Of a DNA stretch of 64,000 nucleotides, positions 60,357-64,000 are shown one piece after another. The notes beneath the pieces were generated by a model, which was not told the DNA's origin, did not search any database, and worked only from the letters and a program-made list of their open reading frames with translations. Numbering within the stretch: position 1 is the first letter of the stretch; each line of letters opens with the position of its first letter. Origin of the DNA: Candidatus Methanomethylicia archaeon (GTDB taxonomy: Archaea > Thermoproteota > Methanomethylicia > Culexarchaeales > Culexarchaeaceae); contig JAVYVS010000001.1 in assembly GCA_038727515.1 (NCBI GenBank), positions 256,001-320,000 on the forward strand. The letters are read 5' to 3'. A program made the position numbers and the translations under genes.

Positions 60357-61553
60357 TTATGTGGGTACTGTTAAATAATCCAAGTCTTTCGGGAATTTCG
60401 TTAAAACAATGGGTTTATCGCTACCTATTACAACTGTATCTGAATGTCTAAATCCACCAAATCCATATATACAGAGCATAGGTTCAACTGTGGTAACCAT
60501 ATTGGGCTTCATAATCCTGTGATTAAAAGCCATATCATGCCAATATTCATGTCCACCTAAACCAATTCCATGACCAGTTCTATGGAAAACATAATCTCCA
60601 AAACCAGCATCCTCTATAACCTTTAAAGCGGCAGCATCAATATCTGAAACCTTATTACCAGCAACACAAGCTTCTACACCCTTAATTTGAGCCCTAGTAA
60701 CTACATCGAAGAATTTTATATGCTTATCAGTTGGTTTACCAACTACAAAGGTTCTTTCATCTTCAGCCCAATAACAATTCAATCTAACACCAACAACAGC
60801 AAGTAAAGTATCACCCTCCTGAATTCTCCTACCATTTGGCATACGCCAGCCATGAGGCATAGCACCCTCCGGACCAGTCCCAGTAAAACCAGCAGAAACT
60901 TCTATTGAAACATCTGATGGATATCTCTTTGCAGCTTCCTTCGCAATCTCATAAGCAACTTTATGCCCCACTTCAACATTTGATAAACCAATTTCAATAG
61001 TATTCTTCATAACCTCCAAACCGTAATCAGCAAGCTCAGCAGCTTTACGCATCAAGTCAAGTTCATACTCATCTTTAACCAAACGCATTTCCCTAAGAAT
61101 CCAACCAGCATCATAAACTTTAACCCTAGGTAGATTATGTTTAAAAACACTTTTAACCACGAAGTTATGTGTATCAAAACCGATATCACCTTTGAAAATT
61201 CCCCTATCCATCAACATGTTACAGAGAATATATGGAAAATCACTAGTATAATATCGTCTGCCTGTTAATCTTGGATGTTCATCATAGAAAACCACATCTT
61301 TAATCCAATGAAAACCCTTCTCTAAACCATACCTATAATGATTTATTGAAAGCTCATTTAAAATCATAAATGGCTCTCCATCCAATGGTATAACTGTAGC
61401 TACAGGTCTCTCCCAAGGTTCAACATCAAGGAAAAAGCCAGAAACATAGATAGTATTTAATGAATCAAAGATTACTAGTGCATTTAAATCTCTTTTAGCA
61501 AGAAATTCTCTAATACCATTAATACGACGTTTATAAACGTTAAAATAATCCAA
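60357..61553 (-). CDS. M24 family (Xaa-Pro peptidase/creatinase-like) protein
   Basis: Creatinase N-domain, R.VK..E, PHG, ERT, HRTGHGIG and VEP motifs. Confidence 0.88.
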   Translation of the reverse strand: MDYFNVYKRRINGIREFLAKRDLNALVIFDSLNTIYVSGFFLDVEPWERPVATVIPLDGEPFMILNELSINHYRYGLEKGFHWIKDVVFYDEHPRLTGRRYYTSDFPYILCNMLMDRGIFKGDIGFDTHNFVVKSVFKHNLPRVKVYDAGWILREMRLVKDEYELDLMRKAAELADYGLEVMKNTIEIGLSNVEVGHKVAYEIAKEAAKRYPSDVSIEVSAGFTGTGPEGAMPHGWRMPNGRRIQEGDTLLAVVGVRLNCYWAEDERTFVVGKPTDKHIKFFDVVTRAQIKGVEACVAGNKVSDIDAAALKVIEDAGFGDYVFHRTGHGIGLGGHEYWHDMAFNHRIMKPNMVTTVEPMLCIYGFGGFRHSDTVVIGSDKPIVLTKFPKDLDYLTVPT

Positions 61554-61661
61554 TTAAATCACCAAAAATAGTTATGAAAATTAAAGGTTTATAAGATTAA
61601 AGTTTGGGAAACGTATAAATAACAATGCATTATAGCGTTTATATAGGTGCATAGAGAAGAG

Positions 61662-64000
61662 ATGAGCTATCAACTTCAGATACAGAAAATAGAGAGAGAA
61701 GTTGTAAAAAGGAGGAGTTCAATTAAACCAATAAATGAGAGAATAGCTAAACTTAGAGAGGAAAGTGAAAAAGCTATAGTTAAAGTATCATTAGAAAGAG
61801 CTAAACTACTAACAGAATTTTACGCTAGCGATCAAGCTATAGGTAAATCTATTCCAGTTCAAAGAGCATTAGCCTTTAAATACTTAATGGAAAACGTTAG
61901 TTTACCAATTGAAGATGGACAGTTAATCGTTGGAATAAGGGGTACTGGACCTAAAGAAGTTCCGACATACCCAGAAATATGCTGCCATACACTACAAGAC
62001 TTAGAAGTATTAAATACAAGGAAGAATATGCCATATAAAGTTGATGATGAAACCTACGATTATTATAGGGATGTTATAATATCATTCTGGAAGGGTAAAA
62101 GTATTAGAGATATAATTTTTAAGAGTATGCCTAAAGAATGGATAGAAGCATATGAAGCAGGAATATTCACAGAATTCATGGAGCAAAGAGCTCCTGGACA
62201 TACAGCTGGAGGAAGTAGAGTATTCAAAATGGGTATAAATGATATAAAAAGGGAGATACAGGAGATTATTAGTAAATTAGATAAAAACGATCCAGAATAC
62301 TATGATAAAATAGAAGAATTAAAAGCTATGGAGATCGTGGCTGATGCAATATTAAAGTATGCTGAAAGATATGTGGAGAAACTTAAAGAATTAATGGAGA
62401 AAGAAAAAGACCCTAAGAGAAAAGAGGAATTGAAGCAGATGATTGAAATATGTAGTTGGGTTCCAGCAAATGCCCCAAGAACATTTTGGGAAGCATTACA
62501 ACACTACTGGTTTATACATGTTGGAATAACATACGAAACAAATCCATGGGATTCGTTTACACCCGGAAGATTAGATCAACATCTATACCCATTTTACAAA
62601 AAGGATATAGAGGAAGGTAGATTAACAAGGGAAAAAGCAAAAGAATTACTACAAGCGTTTTGGCTTAAATTCAATAATCAACCAGCAGTACCAAAAGTTG
62701 GAGTAACAGCTGAAGAAAGCTTCACATACAATGATTTCTCAAAGATAAATATTGGAGGATTAAAAGAGGATGGATCTGATGGTGTAAATGAACTCTCATA
62801 TCTAATACTTGAAGTTCTAAGTGAAATGAGAACTCTACAACCAAATACTGCAGTATTAGTTAGCAATAAGAATCCAGATAGATTTCTAATAAAAGCTCTA
62901 GAAGTTGTAGCACCAGGATTTGGAGAACCGCCATTCTTTAATTTTGATGGTATAATAGTAAAAATGCTTAGACAGGGGAAAACTCTTGAAGATGCTAGAA
63001 CCTCTGGAGTTAGTGGATGCGTTGAAACGGGAGCCTTTGGAAAAGAAGCATACATATTAACTGGATACTTCAATCTACCAAAAATACTTGAAATAACATT
63101 AAATAATGGTATTGACCCTAAAACTGGTAAAAAGATTGGATTGGAAACTGGAGATCCAAGGAACTTTAAATCATTTGAAGAATTATGGGAAGCATTCATT
63201 AAACAATTAAGATACTTCATAGATATTAAAATGAGGGGGAACGATATTATAGAAGAAATTTATGCAAAAAATCTTCCAGTACCATTCTTATCATTATGGA
63301 TAGAAGATTGTGTTAGAAATGCAAAAGACTATAATTGTGGAGGGGCAAGATATAATACACAATATATACAAATTGTAGGTTTAGGCACATTAACAGATTC
63401 ACTTACATCTATAAAATACAATGTATATGAGAAAAAGATATTCACAATGGAGCAAATTCTAGAAGCATTAAAGAGAGACTATGAAGGATATGAATTCATG
63501 AGACAAATATTCGTAAATAAAACACCAAAGTATGGCAATGATGACGATTACGTAGATGAAATAGCTAAGAAAATAGTTGATGAAATTGTTAAAATAATTG
63601 AAAGTTATCCACCAACACCAATAAGAAGAGCTTCAAGAAGAGTATACTTCCTTCCAACAACTGTACACGTATACTTTGGAAAAATGACTGGAGCAACACC
63701 AGACGGTAGAAAAGCTGGAACACCAGTATCTGAAGGAATATCTCCAGTTCAAGGCATGGATAGAAGAGGGATAGCAGCAGTATTTAGATCAATAACAAAA
63801 ATTGATTGGGATAAAACTGGAGGAGCCTTATTAAATATGAAATTAACACCAGACCTCTTAGAAGGTGAAGAAAATATCAGGAAATTCGCACAATTATTAA
63901 GAGTATACTTCAATATGGGTGGACACCACGTACAATTTAATGTTGTAAGCGCAGAATTACTAAGAGAAGCACAAAAAAGACCACAAGACTTCCAAGATCT
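61662..64000 (+). CDS. hypD: Glycyl radical enzyme, trans-4-hydroxy-L-proline dehydratase-like (3' end beyond window; absent from ORF track)
   Basis: Manual translation: PTYPEICCH, FTEFMEQRAPGH, NPWDSF, FNNQPA.PKVG.T.EES.TY.DF, SGCVETG..GKEAYILTGY, LPTT.H and HVQFNV, matching HypD as I recall it. Confidence 0.85.
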   Translation, partial: MSYQLQIQKIEREVVKRRSSIKPINERIAKLREESEKAIVKVSLERAKLLTEFYASDQAIGKSIPVQRALAFKYLMENVSLPIEDGQLIVGIRGTGPKEVPTYPEICCHTLQDLEVLNTRKNMPYKVDDETYDYYRDVIISFWKGKSIRDIIFKSMPKEWIEAYEAGIFTEFMEQRAPGHTAGGSRVFKMGINDIKREIQEIISKLDKNDPEYYDKIEELKAMEIVADAILKYAERYVEKLKELMEKEKDPKRKEELKQMIEICSWVPANAPRTFWEALQHYWFIHVGITYETNPWDSFTPGRLDQHLYPFYKKDIEEGRLTREKAKELLQAFWLKFNNQPAVPKVGVTAEESFTYNDFSKINIGGLKEDGSDGVNELSYLILEVLSEMRTLQPNTAVLVSNKNPDRFLIKALEVVAPGFGEPPFFNFDGIIVKMLRQGKTLEDARTSGVSGCVETGAFGKEAYILTGYFNLPKILEITLNNGIDPKTGKKIGLETGDPRNFKSFEELWEAFIKQLRYFIDIKMRGNDIIEEIYAKNLPVPFLSLWIEDCVRNAKDYNCGGARYNTQYIQIVGLGTLTDSLTSIKYNVYEKKIFTMEQILEALKRDYEGYEFMRQIFVNKTPKYGNDDDYVDEIAKKIVDEIVKIIESYPPTPIRRASRRVYFLPTTVHVYFGKMTGATPDGRKAGTPVSEGISPVQGMDRRGIAAVFRSITKIDWDKTGGALLNMKLTPDLLEGEENIRKFAQLLRVYFNMGGHHVQFNVVSAELLREAQKRPQDFQD

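Noticed and set aside
422-63220. Many short ORFs antisense to or overlapping clear genes (e.g. 422..631, 2930..3478, 39313..39783, 51066..51455, 62678..63220)
   Set aside because: Shadow frames of well-supported genes on the other strand, with no motifs of their own
1-64000. CRISPR array, tRNA or rRNA genes
   Set aside because: No regularly spaced repeats, cloverleaf or long GC-rich RNA gene found by eye

Overview
AT-rich archaeal chromosomal segment. Alba, archaeal-type ProRS, tungsten AOR, the archaeal KaiC-domain pair and GGTGA/GGAGG ribosome-binding sites point to a Thermoproteota/TACK-like anaerobe, probably a thermophile; the taxonomy is inferred. The backbone encodes ion/anion transporters and peptide/amino-acid fermentation functions: TldD/PmbA, C45/M14/M24 peptidases, a class III aminotransferase with a CoA-acylating aldehyde dehydrogenase, AOR with its SAMP and radical SAM maturase, and a glycyl-radical HypD-like enzyme that runs off the right edge and is missing from the ORF track. 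Several accessory patches interrupt it. (i) A solo serine recombinase with an upstream palindrome. (ii) A tightly coupled three-gene operon at 10.8-14.3 kb encoding a divergent SPL-like radical SAM enzyme, a 595-aa Cys-rich protein with a possible C-terminal nuclease fold, and a MazG-like pyrophosphatase. This is the best candidate for an undescribed nucleotide/DNA-modification or defence system. (iii) Two decaying islands (about 26.4-29.5 kb and 41.7-50.6 kb) with toxin-antitoxin modules, pseudogenes, four copies of a small membrane-protein family showing mosaic recombination, a GC-rich structured element and an orphan radical SAM gene. No tRNA, rRNA or CRISPR array was seen. All calls come from motif recognition by eye, not from database searches.
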